Shown: positions 42,351 through 51,431 of the stretch, one piece after another
Layout: each line of letters starts with the position of its first letter
Position numbering within the stretch: the first letter of the stretch is position 1
Assembly (NCBI GenBank): GCA_047602405.1
Contig: JASGHJ010000001.1
Coordinates: 672,001 to 736,000 of the forward strand
From: Anaeromyxobacteraceae bacterium
GTDB taxonomy: Bacteria; Myxococcota; Myxococcia; Myxococcales; Anaeromyxobacteraceae
Length of the DNA: 64,000 nt
Direction: 5' to 3'
Position numbers and translations under genes: made by a program
Notes under the pieces: model-generated
Seen by the model: the letters and a program-made list of their open reading frames with translations, nothing else
Database searches by the model: none
What the model was told of the DNA's origin: nothing

Positions 42351-42466
42351 GGCGGGGGCAGCCTAGCGGCGGAGCGCTCCGCGCCTCAAGTCGGTGAAGA
42401 CGCTGACGGGCGTGGAGGCCGACCGGAGCCCGGGTCGCCTTGACCTGCGTCAGTCCGCCGCGCGGC

Positions 42467-43085
42467 TCAGCCCTTCAGCTTCCGCTCCTCGCCGCGCATG
42501 AGCCGCCCGATGTTCTCGGCGTGGCGGATCACGATGAGGAGCCCGAGCACGACCGCGGTCCAGCTCTCGGGCGCGCGCCCGCCGAAGGTCACGAACGTCC
42601 CGGCGACGCACGCCGCCGTGCCGGCGAGCGAGCCGACCGACGAGATGCGCGTCGCGAGGTACGAGAGGCCGTAGACCAGCATGCCCGCGAGCGCAGCCCA
42701 CGGCGCGAGCACGAGGAACACGCCGAGCGCGGTCGCGACGCCCTTCCCGCCCTTGCCGCCGCGCCAGAGGAGCCAGAATCGGGTAGAGGTGCCCCGCGAA
42801 GGCCGCGACCGCGGTCGCGAGCGCGTAGACCTCGACGCCCGTGCCGGCGAGGAACCAGCGCGCCACGAGGAGCGGGATGATCGCCTTCAAGGCATCCAGC
42901 ACGAGCACCAGGATGCCCAGCTTCTTGCCGCCCGCCCGCGCCACGTTGGTCGCGCCGATGTTCCCCGAGCCGACGCTGCGCACGTCGACGCCGAGGAGCA
43001 GGCGGGCGACGACGACGCCCCACGAGATGGAGCCGGAGAGGTAGCCGTAGACGACGAGGATGACGCCCAGGACGTGGGGATTCAC
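42467..43085 (-). CDS. plsY: Glycerol-3-phosphate acyltransferase PlsY; +1 frameshift at ~42777
   Basis: YLSGSI, DVRSVGSGNIGATNVAR, DALK, GHLYPI|W...GGKGVATALG, RHAENIGRL..GEE. Confidence 0.92.
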
Positions 43086-43495
43086 CGCAGCACCTCCCGC
43101 GCCAGCACGAAGACCCAGCTCGCGAGGCCGAGCACGACGCCCGCGGCGACGAGCAGGCGGGCCGTCCGCGGCGAGAGCGCCGGGAGCGGCGCGCCGAGCG
43201 CGAGCCGGACGAGATCGGCCACCGCGAGCGTCCACGCGCCGGCCGCGAGCAGCGTGCCGGCGGGGCTCGACAGGAACGCACCGGCGAGGTCGCCGTGCGC
43301 GAGCGCGACGAAGGCGTGCGTCATCCCGCAGGTCGGGCACGGCAGGTGGAAGAGCGCCCTCGACGGGCAGACGTACGGCACGGACAGCACCGGGAAGAAC
43401 CGCGCGACCGCGAACGACGTCAGCGCGATCGACGCGAAGACCTCGGCGTGGCCGAAGGTCCGGTGCGTCGTGGTGGTGGCCTCGCCCGTCGACAT
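43082..43495 (-). CDS. DUF2752-like membrane protein
   Basis: CPSRALFHLPCPTCGMTHAF...GD...AF..SP. Confidence 0.8.
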   Translation of the reverse strand: MSTGEATTTTHRTFGHAEVFASIALTSFAVARFFPVLSVPYVCPSRALFHLPCPTCGMTHAFVALAHGDLAGAFLSSPAGTLLAAGAWTLAVADLVRLALGAPLPALSPRTARLLVAAGVVLGLASWVFVLAREVLR

Positions 43496-43505
43496 CGAGG
43501 CTCCC

Positions 43506-44219
43506 CTACTGCCCGCCGGCGCCGGTCGCCAGCTGGAAGGTCTTCACGAGCGTGAACATGCCGGCGAGCCACGGCCGGATGCCGAACAGGATGACGACGA
43601 GCCCGGGCGTGAGGACCGCGACCGCCGCCTGCCAGAGCGCGCAGCGCTGCGCGGCCTGCACGCCGAAGACGAGCGCGGCGAGCAGCCAGACCGCCACGAG
43701 CGGGAAGCCGCAGACCGGCACCGCGAGGAGCAGCGTGAGGCCGAAGGCGTAGCCGGCGACCGTGAGCGTCGCGTCGAAGCCGCGGGAGTGGGCCCGCAAG
43801 AGGACCAGCATCGCGTGGATGGCGACGGCGCCGAGGAAGAGCCCGACCAGCACCTTCACCGGCGCGGTGAGCGCCTCGGCGAGGGAGAACCCGGTCGCGA
43901 GGTACGGCAGGTACCGGTCCACGAGCCGAGAGCCGCCGGGCCCGAGCTGCAGCGCGACGTCGCGGGAGGCGTCCCACCAGTGCAGCCGGTTGAGCGCCGA
44001 CCAGAAGCTCGCGACGAAGAGGCCGATCGAGCCGGAGACGAGCCCGAACAGCGCGGCGGTGCCGCTCCGGTCGATCTTGAGCGACTCGAAGAACGCGCCG
44101 GGCTTGAACGCGACGAGCCGGAACGTCTCGCGCCAGGCGGCGACGAGCCCGAGCGTCCGGCGCTCCACCCAGGGTGCCTCGAGCTCCGAGGTCCCCGCCC
44201 CCTCCGCCTCCGCGGCCAT
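43506..44219 (-). CDS. YIP1 family membrane protein
   Basis: PWVER...P..FF...GFDATL.V.GY; paralog of the upstream gene. Confidence 0.7.
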   Translation of the reverse strand: MAAEAEGAGTSELEAPWVERRTLGLVAAWRETFRLVAFKPGAFFESLKIDRSGTAALFGLVSGSIGLFVASFWSALNRLHWWDASRDVALQLGPGGSRLVDRYLPYLATGFSLAEALTAPVKVLVGLFLGAVAIHAMLVLLRAHSRGFDATLTVAGYAFGLTLLLAVPVCGFPLVAVWLLAALVFGVQAAQRCALWQAAVAVLTPGLVVILFGIRPWLAGMFTLVKTFQLATGAGGQ

Positions 44220-44222
44220 GCC

Positions 44223-45203
44223 CTAGACGTCCACCGGCTTGCCGGTGGCGGCGCCGAGCGCCTTCAGCGCGGCCGCGGCGCCCGCGCCGATGATCCCGCC
44301 GCAGCAGCAGCACGCGAGGACGAGCGGCGTGAGCACGGCGGCGGCGGCCTTGCCGGTCGTCGTCCGCTGCGCGGCCGCGAGGCCGATGATGTAGGCGACG
44401 AGCACCCAGACGGCGGCGATGAGGCTGCCGCAGGCGGGCACCGCGGCGAGGAGCTGCAGGCCCATCGCGTAGCCGACGACGGTGATCGTCGCGTCGAAGC
44501 CGCGGCCCGCGCCCTTGAAGAGCATGAGGAGCAGGTGGATGATCCCGCCGCCGAGGTAGATGCCGACGAGCGCGGAGACGGGCGCGGCGATCATCTGGTA
44601 CGCCGTGCCGGCGCCGCCCATGTACGGCATGAGCTTCTCGAGGAACTCGGCCTGCTCCGGGCCCATCTGGTCGATCATCTGGCGCATCGCGACCATCGCC
44701 TGCGCGCCGGCGGCCCAGGAGTAGAGCGCCGAGACGACCTGCCCGATGGTCGCGCCGATGACGCCGAAGAGGACCGCGCTGCCGGGCCGGTCGATGCGGA
44801 CGCGCCCGAAGAAGTCCTGAGGCTTCGTCGCGACGAGCTTCCAGGTCTCGACGTAGCCGTTGAAGAAGCCGAGGCGATCGCGCTCGACCCAGGGCGACGG
44901 GATGCCCTCCGGGCCGCGGCCGCCGGGGGGCGGGCCGCCGAACCCACCGCCGCCAGACCCGCCCGTGCCGCCGGGCGGCGGACCGTAGCCGCCCGCGGGC
45001 GGAGGGGGCGGAGGCGGGAAGGCCTCGTTCGACGGCGGGGGTGGCGGGAGCGTCTCGGCGCCGGAGGGCGGCGGGGCCGGAGGCGCCGGCGCAGTCGCGT
45101 TCGGATCGGCGAGCATGAGATCCGAGCCGCAGTGCGGGCACTTCTGGAGCCCGAAGCGGTCGGTCGTGAAGTCGTTCTGGCAGCGAGCGCAGCGCGCGAG
45201 CAT
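44223..45203 (-). CDS. Zinc-ribbon / Pro-rich / YIP1 membrane protein
   Basis: CARC...CPHC, Pro/Gly linker, YIP1-like TM region, CCCC near the C-terminus. Confidence 0.75.
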   Translation of the reverse strand: MLARCARCQNDFTTDRFGLQKCPHCGSDLMLADPNATAPAPPAPPPSGAETLPPPPPSNEAFPPPPPPPAGGYGPPPGGTGGSGGGGFGGPPPGGRGPEGIPSPWVERDRLGFFNGYVETWKLVATKPQDFFGRVRIDRPGSAVLFGVIGATIGQVVSALYSWAAGAQAMVAMRQMIDQMGPEQAEFLEKLMPYMGGAGTAYQMIAAPVSALVGIYLGGGIIHLLLMLFKGAGRGFDATITVVGYAMGLQLLAAVPACGSLIAAVWVLVAYIIGLAAAQRTTTGKAAAAVLTPLVLACCCCGGIIGAGAAAALKALGAATGKPVDV

Positions 45204-45274
45204 GTGCGGGATGCTAGCCCATCCGTGTGGCCTACGGCAGGGCTACGCGGCGGGAGCTGCGATATTTCCGGCCC

Positions 45275-45577
45275 CTACTCCCGCAGCGCGTTGACCTCGT
45301 CCACGTTGAGCGCGCCGCGGGTGCGGAAGATCGCGATCACGATGGCGAGGCCGACCGCGGCCTCGGCGGCCGCGACGGCGATGATGAAGAACGCGATGGC
45401 GTGGCCGCCGACGTCGCCGTGCTGGCGGGCGAACGCGACGAACGTGAGGTTCGCGGCGTTCAGCATGAGCTCGATGCTCATCATGAGGATGAGCGCGTTG
45501 CGCTTGATGAGCACGCCGGCGAGGCCGATCGTGAAGAGGATCGCGGCGAGCCAGAGGTACCAGGTGAGCGGGACCAT
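45275..45577 (-). CDS. nuoK: NADH-quinone oxidoreductase subunit K
   Basis: MSIELMLNAANL, AAAEAAVGLAIVI. Confidence 0.96.
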   Translation of the reverse strand: MVPLTWYLWLAAILFTIGLAGVLIKRNALILMMSIELMLNAANLTFVAFARQHGDVGGHAIAFFIIAVAAAEAAVGLAIVIAIFRTRGALNVDEVNALRE

Positions 45578-45581
45578 GGCT

Positions 45582-46094
45582 TTAGATCCGCTCCTTCGCG
45601 ACGACCACCGCGCCCACGATGGCGACGAGGAGCAAGAGGCTCGTCACCTCGAACGGCAGGAGGTACTGGGTGAAGAGGATCTGCCCGACCGCCTTCACGG
45701 TGCCGAACTTCGCCTGGTCGACGTCCGCGTACTGGAGCGCGCCGGGGAGGTTCGCGATGGCGGCGGAGACGATCGCGAAGAGCGCGCCCGCGCCGAGCAC
45801 GCCCGCCCACTGCCAGGGCTTCCGGCGCTCGGGCTCGAGGTGCTCGTCGCCGAGCGAGAGCAGCATGATCACGAAGAGGAAGAGCACCATCACCGCGCCC
45901 GCGTACACGAGGATCTGCATGAACGCGATGAGGTGGGCGACGAGCAGCACGTAGATGCCCGCCATGAAGAAGAACGCGGCGACGAGGTTCATCGCGGCGT
46001 ACACGGGGCTCCTCGCGAGGATCACGCCGAACGCCGTCGCGACGAGCGGCACCGCGAAGATCACGAAGGTGACCGTCTCCCGGTTGAGCTCCAT
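45582..46094 (-). CDS. nuoJ: NADH-quinone oxidoreductase subunit J
   Basis: QILVYAGAVMVLFLFVIMLL, YLLPFE.TSLLLLVAIVGA. Confidence 0.95.
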   Translation of the reverse strand: MELNRETVTFVIFAVPLVATAFGVILARSPVYAAMNLVAAFFFMAGIYVLLVAHLIAFMQILVYAGAVMVLFLFVIMLLSLGDEHLEPERRKPWQWAGVLGAGALFAIVSAAIANLPGALQYADVDQAKFGTVKAVGQILFTQYLLPFEVTSLLLLVAIVGAVVVAKERI

Positions 46095-46095
46095 C

Positions 46096-47421
46096 TCAGA
46101 CCCTCATGGGCCCGATGAGGGCCTCGCGGGTGGACTGCGTCAGCCCCCAGGCGTGCTCGCCCTGCGGGCAGCGCCGCTCCTCGCAGTGGCGGAGGAACTC
46201 GGCCCGGAACTTCTTCACGAACGACTGCACCGGCATCGCCGCGGCGTCGCCGAGCGCGCAGATCGTGTTGCCCCCGACGTTGCCGGCGACCTGCTCGAGG
46301 CGGGCGACGTCGGCCGCGGTCGCCTCGCCGTGCTCGATGCGGTGGAGGATGCCCTCCATCCACGGCGTGCCCTCGCGGCAGGGCGTGCACTGGCCGCAGG
46401 ACTCCTCCGCGTAGAACTTCGAGATGCGGGCGAGCGCGCGGACCATGCAGGTCGACTCGTCGAAGACGATGATGCCGCCCGAGCCCGCCATGGTGCCGGC
46501 GGCCTTGAGCGCGTCGAACTCGAGCGAGACGTCGATCTCGGAGGCGGCGAGCACCGGGGCGGACGAGCCGCCGGGGATGACCGCCTTGACCGCGCGGCCG
46601 TCGGGCGGCCCGCCGCAGTCCTCCATGATGAGCTTCTTGAGGTTGTAGTGGACCGGCTTCTCGTACACGCCGGGCCGCTTCACGTGGCCGGAGACGCAGA
46701 AGAGCCGCGTGCCGCCGGACTTGCCGGTGCCGAGCGCCGCGAAGGCGTCGCCGCCGTGCTGGACGATCCACGGCACGTTCGCGAGCGTCTCGACGTTGTT
46801 GATGATGGTGGGCTTGCCCCACAGGCCGACGACGGCGGGGAACGGCGGCTTGAGGCGCGGGTAGCCCTTCTTGCCCTCGAGCGACTCGAGCAGCGCCGAC
46901 TCCTCGCCGCAGATGTACGCGCCCGCGCCGCGGTGCACGTGGATCTCGAGGTCGAAGTCCTTCTTGCCGCCGAGCTTCGCGCCGAGGAGCCCGGCCGCGC
47001 GCGCCTCCTGGAGCGCCTTCTCGAGGATGCGGGCCTGCTTCGCGAACTCGCCGCGGATGTAGACGTAGGCGAGGTGGATGTCGAGCGCCCAGCAGGTGAT
47101 CGCGATGCCCTCGATCAGCTGGTGCGGCTCGTGCTCGACGATGTAGCGGTCCTTGAAGGTGCCCGGCTCGGACTCGTCGCAGTTGACGGTCAGGTAGCGG
47201 GGGCGGACGTCCTTCGGGAGGAAGGTCCACTTCAGGCCGGTCGCGAAGCCTGCGCCGCCGCGGCCGCGGAGGTTGGACTTCTTGACCTCCTCGACGATCG
47301 CGCCCGGCTCCATCGCGAGCGCCTTCTCGAGGGCCTGGTAGCCGCCGTCCGCGCGGTAGGACTCGAGCGTGGCCGAGTTCGGCTTGCCCCAGCGCTTCGT
47401 CAGGATCAGGGTCTCGCTCAC
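46096..47421 (-). CDS. nuoF: NADH-quinone oxidoreductase subunit F
   Basis: LRGRGGAGF, DESEPGTFKDR, GAGAYICGEE, ESCGQCTPCREG, TICALG. Confidence 0.96.
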   Translation of the reverse strand: MSETLILTKRWGKPNSATLESYRADGGYQALEKALAMEPGAIVEEVKKSNLRGRGGAGFATGLKWTFLPKDVRPRYLTVNCDESEPGTFKDRYIVEHEPHQLIEGIAITCWALDIHLAYVYIRGEFAKQARILEKALQEARAAGLLGAKLGGKKDFDLEIHVHRGAGAYICGEESALLESLEGKKGYPRLKPPFPAVVGLWGKPTIINNVETLANVPWIVQHGGDAFAALGTGKSGGTRLFCVSGHVKRPGVYEKPVHYNLKKLIMEDCGGPPDGRAVKAVIPGGSSAPVLAASEIDVSLEFDALKAAGTMAGSGGIIVFDESTCMVRALARISKFYAEESCGQCTPCREGTPWMEGILHRIEHGEATAADVARLEQVAGNVGGNTICALGDAAAMPVQSFVKKFRAEFLRHCEERRCPQGEHAWGLTQSTREALIGPMRV

Positions 47422-47933
47422 TCGAGGCTCCCGAGGATGCGGTCCACTTCGGCCGGGGTCAGCCGCTCGTACATCTCCTCGTCGACGAGCATGGCCGGCG
47501 CGGTGCCGCAGGCGCCGAGGCACTCGACCTCGCGCAGCGTGAACTTGCCGTCGGCGGTCGTGCCGCCGTTCTCGACCCCGAGCTTCCGGCGGAGGTGCTC
47601 GTAGAGCCGCTCCGCGCCCGAGAGGCAGCACGAGACGTTCGTGCACACCTCGACGAGGTGCCGCCCGACCGGCTTCGTGTGGAACATCACGTAGAAGGTC
47701 GCGACCTCCTCGGCGCGCGCGGGCGAGGTGCCCAGGCGCTCGGCCGCGAGGTGCTGCACGGCGGGCGAGAGGTGGCCGAAGATCTCCTGGCCGATGCGGA
47801 GGGCCGGGAGCATCGCGGAGGCCTTGCGGTCCGGCGGGTAGCGCTTCAGGACCTCGGCGAGCTCGTGGTCGAAGCGCTGCACCTTGTCGCGCGGCAGGTC
47901 TTCCACCACGCTCGTGGGCGGCGTCTGCGTCAT
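47418..47933 (-). CDS. nuoE: NADH-quinone oxidoreductase subunit E
   Basis: VATFY, VCTNVSC, ECLGAC [2Fe-2S] motifs. Confidence 0.95.
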   Translation of the reverse strand: MTQTPPTSVVEDLPRDKVQRFDHELAEVLKRYPPDRKASAMLPALRIGQEIFGHLSPAVQHLAAERLGTSPARAEEVATFYVMFHTKPVGRHLVEVCTNVSCCLSGAERLYEHLRRKLGVENGGTTADGKFTLREVECLGACGTAPAMLVDEEMYERLTPAEVDRILGSLE

Positions 47934-47993
47934 GGGGTCAGTCGTCCGGAAACCGCTGGAAGCTCTGGTGAAATACGGGGGGTGAGCGACCGG

Positions 47994-48022
47994 AAGCTAT
48001 GGGGGTGACCGGTCGAAGTCAA
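47994..48022 (-). promoter_or_regulatory. Sigma70-like promoter of the nuoE operon
   Basis: TTGACT-N17-TAGCTT on the minus strand. Confidence 0.5.
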
Positions 48023-48077
48023 GGAGATCCGGCCCGGTGTCCGGCCCGGGCGGGCGATCGCCGGACCGGCCCCGGAG

Positions 48078-48521
48078 TCACAGGCGCTTCCGCATGACGA
48101 CGTGGGCGATGCCGGCCTCCTCGAAGACGTCGCCGGCGCGGACGTACCCGGCCCGAGCGTAGAAGGCCTCGACGTGGCACTGGGCGTGGAGCTCGACCTC
48201 CGGGAGGCCCTGCCGGCGGGCCTCGACCTCCAGCGCCTCGAGCAGGCGCGCGCCGATCCGGCCGCGGCGCGCCGCGGGGTCGACGGCCATCCGGCCGACG
48301 CGCGCGACGGGGCCCTCCGGGTTCTCCTGCCGGTACATGCGGCCGGTGCCCACGGCGCGCCCCTGCCCGTCGAGCGCGATCACGTGGAATGCGTGGGCGT
48401 CGTGCTCGTCCCGCTCGAGCTCCTCCGGGACCTTCTGCTCGACGACGAAGACCCGGATGCGCAGGTCCATCGCGGCGTCGCGGAGGGCCTGCGTGTCGGC
48501 GGTGCGGACGGTGACGGTCAT
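48078..48521 (-). CDS. GNAT family N-acetyltransferase (ElaA-like)
   Basis: LRIRVFVVEQ.VP, VGRMAV...RRGRIG, LHAQ...FYARAGY...F.EAGIAH. Confidence 0.9.
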   Translation of the reverse strand: MTVTVRTADTQALRDAAMDLRIRVFVVEQKVPEELERDEHDAHAFHVIALDGQGRAVGTGRMYRQENPEGPVARVGRMAVDPAARRGRIGARLLEALEVEARRQGLPEVELHAQCHVEAFYARAGYVRAGDVFEEAGIAHVVMRKRL

Positions 48522-48529
48522 GGGGCCCT

Positions 48530-48568
48530 GAAAATACGACGCCCGCCGCGCTTTCGCACGGCGGGCAT
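48530..48568 (-). terminator. Rho-independent terminator downstream of the HU gene
   Basis: Minus strand GCCCGCCG-TGC-GAAA-GCG-CGGCGGGC followed by GTCGTATTTT. Confidence 0.55.
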
Positions 48569-48588
48569 CCTATGCCAGCGCTCGAGCC

Positions 48589-48657
48589 CCGCTCATCCTG
48601 AGTCCTTCGACTCCGCCGCCTGACGGCGGCTACGCTCAGGATGAACGAAGTCGAAGG
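48589..48657 (-). repeat. Nested palindromic REP-like element
   Basis: Reverse complement is nearly identical to 51432-51499. Confidence 0.8.
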
Positions 48658-48662
48658 TCGAG

Positions 48663-48950
48663 TTACTTCTTCGCCTTCTTGTTGAAGAGGTCCTTCATCG
48701 CCTTGGCCGGCGTGATCTTGATCGCCGTGCGGGCCGGGATCTTGATCTGCTCGCCCGTCGCCGGGTTGCGGCCGATGCGGGCCTTGCGGTCCACGAGCTT
48801 CACCGCGCCGAGACCGCCGAGCGGGATCTTGCCCTCGGCCTTGAGGCGCTTGGTCACGACCTCCTCGACCGCCGTGAAGACCGCGCGGACCTGGACCTTG
48901 GAAAGCTGCGAACCCTCGGCCACCGCCTGGAAGAACTGAGCCTGCGTCAT
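48663..48950 (-). CDS. HU family DNA-binding protein
   Basis: RKARIGRNPATGEQIKIPA; Lys-rich tail. Confidence 0.9.
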   Translation of the reverse strand: MTQAQFFQAVAEGSQLSKVQVRAVFTAVEEVVTKRLKAEGKIPLGGLGAVKLVDRKARIGRNPATGEQIKIPARTAIKITPAKAMKDLFNKKAKK

Positions 48951-48995
48951 TTCAGAAGCCTCCTGTCGTCCGCCATGGGGCGGCGAGTGGCTAGC

Positions 48996-49071
48996 CTGAT
49001 ATCGCTTCCCGATCCCGGCGTCAACTTCCCGATCGCACGATCACCCTGGAAATGGCCTTGATCGTGCGATC
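48996..49071 (-). promoter_or_regulatory. HU promoter region with inverted repeat and GATC cluster
   Basis: TTGACG-N17-TATCAG (minus strand); 13-bp perfect inverted repeat at 49031-49043 / 49059-49071. Confidence 0.45.
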
Positions 49072-49129
49072 TGGATCTCTGAAATCACTGGGAGACGCCC
49101 TTTTCCGGGCGTCGCACCCCCTCTAAGGA

Positions 49130-50266
49130 TCAGTGCCCCCGGAAGGCCGCCAGGATCTCGAACGCGATGAGCAGGATGACCACGATCTCGAGGAGCTCGG
49201 ACCGGTTCGTGTCGGCCGCGTCGCCGATGAGCTCGTTCACGTCGGCGAGCAGCTTCTGCTTGCGGAGCACGGCCTCCTGCCAGCGGTCCAGGCGGAACCG
49301 GCGCACGGCCGCCTGGTAGACGCGGGCGAGGTAGAAGTCGCCGACGATCTTCACCGCGTTCTCGAGGCGCTCGATCATCTCGGAGATGTCGAGGAGCAGC
49401 GCCGCCGTCCGCCGCTGCAGCCTGCGGTACCGGCGCGTGAAGATCGCGACGAGCGGCGCGACCTTCCGCTCGAGCTCGTCGTAGATGGCGTGCAGCTCCC
49501 GGTCGAGCAGCGCGTCGTAGTAGCGCAGCTCGAGGAGCTGCGCGGTCGCGAGCTCCAGCAGGTCCGGGATGTCGCCGACGCCGGAGGGTTCCCAGACGAA
49601 GGCGGAGTTCCAGTGGACCACCGCGAGGTCGTCGACGAGGTACGAGTGCCGGTTCGAGAGCACGTCCGTCCGCTCGGCCTCCGAGAGCGGCTTCGCGCTC
49701 GTCTCGCCGAGGAGCAGCTCCGCGATCGGCGCCTGCGCGAGCACGGCGTCGGCGGTCCACGGCCCGCCCTCGAGCGCGTGCACCAGGAACACCTGGTAGC
49801 TCTCGAGCCCCTCCCAGCCGTGCGCCTCCTCGAGCGCGGGCGCGAGCGCGCGGGCGAGCTCCTCGGCCTCGCGGCGGGCGGCGCCGTCGAGCGCGGGCGT
49901 GGGGTGGACGAACAGCTCCTCGGCGAGGGGCACGAGCGCGCCGATCGGCGTGCCGGGCGCGATGGGGAGGCGGTAGCGGATGGAGACGACGCCGTAGTCG
50001 TAGATCGCGGCGCTGGCCTCGCCGCGGCGCACGCCGGACGCGAGCGGCACGTCGCGCACGCCCAGGGCGACCTCGACCGGCGGCCGCGGCAGCTCGACCG
50101 CGCTCGCCGACTGCGCGCCCTCGAGGCGCAGGCGCGCGCTCGGGCCGGTGGCGCTCGCGGCCGCGACCGCGCGCTCCGCCGCCGCCAGATCGACGGCCTC
50201 GGCGACGTCGAACAGGCGGTAGACGACGACTTCTCCGGTGAGGACTCGGGGTCCGAGGGTCGTCAC
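49130..50266 (-). CDS. Hypothetical protein, possibly RMD1/DUF155-like, with C-terminal TM segment
   Basis: YRLFDVA, IYDYGVVSIRY, QLLELRYYD, LLEIVVILLIAFEI. Confidence 0.7.
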   Translation of the reverse strand: MTTLGPRVLTGEVVVYRLFDVAEAVDLAAAERAVAAASATGPSARLRLEGAQSASAVELPRPPVEVALGVRDVPLASGVRRGEASAAIYDYGVVSIRYRLPIAPGTPIGALVPLAEELFVHPTPALDGAARREAEELARALAPALEEAHGWEGLESYQVFLVHALEGGPWTADAVLAQAPIAELLLGETSAKPLSEAERTDVLSNRHSYLVDDLAVVHWNSAFVWEPSGVGDIPDLLELATAQLLELRYYDALLDRELHAIYDELERKVAPLVAIFTRRYRRLQRRTAALLLDISEMIERLENAVKIVGDFYLARVYQAAVRRFRLDRWQEAVLRKQKLLADVNELIGDAADTNRSELLEIVVILLIAFEILAAFRGH

Positions 50267-50667
50267 GGCGACAGCGTAGCCGTGATCGGGGACACGGTCC
50301 TGCGGGGCGCCAGCTGTCCGGTGTGGGACGCACCGTGGAACGGTGCATTTCTCCACGTCCCTGACGGGTTCGCGCGCCCGCGGCGCCGTCCGGAGCGCGA
50401 CAGATCGTGCCCTCGAGCCACCAGAAAAGTGCTCGAAAGCGTTCACCCATCACGGATCGGGCAGCGCGGACTGCGTACTTTTCCGACCATGCCGGATCCG
50501 CGCACTGCACCTCGCATGGTGAACGCGTCGAAGCGACACTCGAGCGTCACCGTGGCCGTGTCCGGGCGCTCTATACCTACACACCCCGAAGGCGTCCCTG
50601 GAACGTGTCTCTTGTTCCAGCCCGCTGCCGGCGCAAGATACGAAGTGTTCCTGGGGGAGTTCCGAAC

Positions 50668-51354
50668 TTGACCGACGTGCACAATCCGAGGCGCGCCTCT
50701 CGCGTGCCCTTCCGCTGTTCCGTCGAGATCCGCTACGGCCTGCTCAGCTGGCGCGCGGAGACCGAGGACCTCGGCCCGACCGGCTGCCAGATCGTCACGC
50801 CGCGGATCGTGTCGCGGCGGCGCGAGCTCAAGCTCACCTTCCGCGCCGAGGAGCTCGGCATGAAGCCCATCACGGTGAAGGGCACCGTGGTGTGGGCTCG
50901 CCCCGACTCGCCGTCGCGCATCGGCGTCCGCTTCGACGCGGAGACCGACACGACCTGGTTCCAGACGCTGCTCGCGGCGGACCCGTCGATCGCCGGCGAG
51001 GCGGTGCGGATCCCCGAGAGGCTCTCGCCCGACACCCGCATCTACCTCGGCCTCCCTCCGCGGCGCCGCCTGCAGTTCTCGAACGAGGAGCTCGCCGTCC
51101 TGAGAGCGGCCTCCGGGGGATCCACCATCGAGCAGCTCGCGCGCGCCACCGGCGGGGACTTCGAGAAGGCGCGCGGCCGGCTGTTCTCGCTCATCGGCCG
51201 CCGCATGGTCGTGCTCGAGCCGGCCGAGGCCGTCTCGGCGGAGCGCTGGCGCCTGATCCTCGGCGAGGTCATCGGCGCGCGCCGCCACGGCACGCCGGTC
51301 GAGGGCACGCCGGAGCTGCACCTCGTGCGCACGGTCGGCCCGACGGGCGCGTAG
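50668..51354 (+). CDS. PilZ domain protein with C-terminal helical or wHTH-like extension
   Basis: RRASR (RxxxR) and DLGPTG motifs, VKGTVVW...IGVRF; GGGGAG RBS before TTG. Confidence 0.8.
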   Translation: MTDVHNPRRASRVPFRCSVEIRYGLLSWRAETEDLGPTGCQIVTPRIVSRRRELKLTFRAEELGMKPITVKGTVVWARPDSPSRIGVRFDAETDTTWFQTLLAADPSIAGEAVRIPERLSPDTRIYLGLPPRRRLQFSNEELAVLRAASGGSTIEQLARATGGDFEKARGRLFSLIGRRMVVLEPAEAVSAERWRLILGEVIGARRHGTPVEGTPELHLVRTVGPTGA

Positions 51355-51431
51355 GCCGCGCGGAAGAGCCTGCAGTGAACAGGGGCGGTCCGCTCGATGC
51401 GGGCCGCCTCAGTGTTTTCGGGGGCGCTCGT

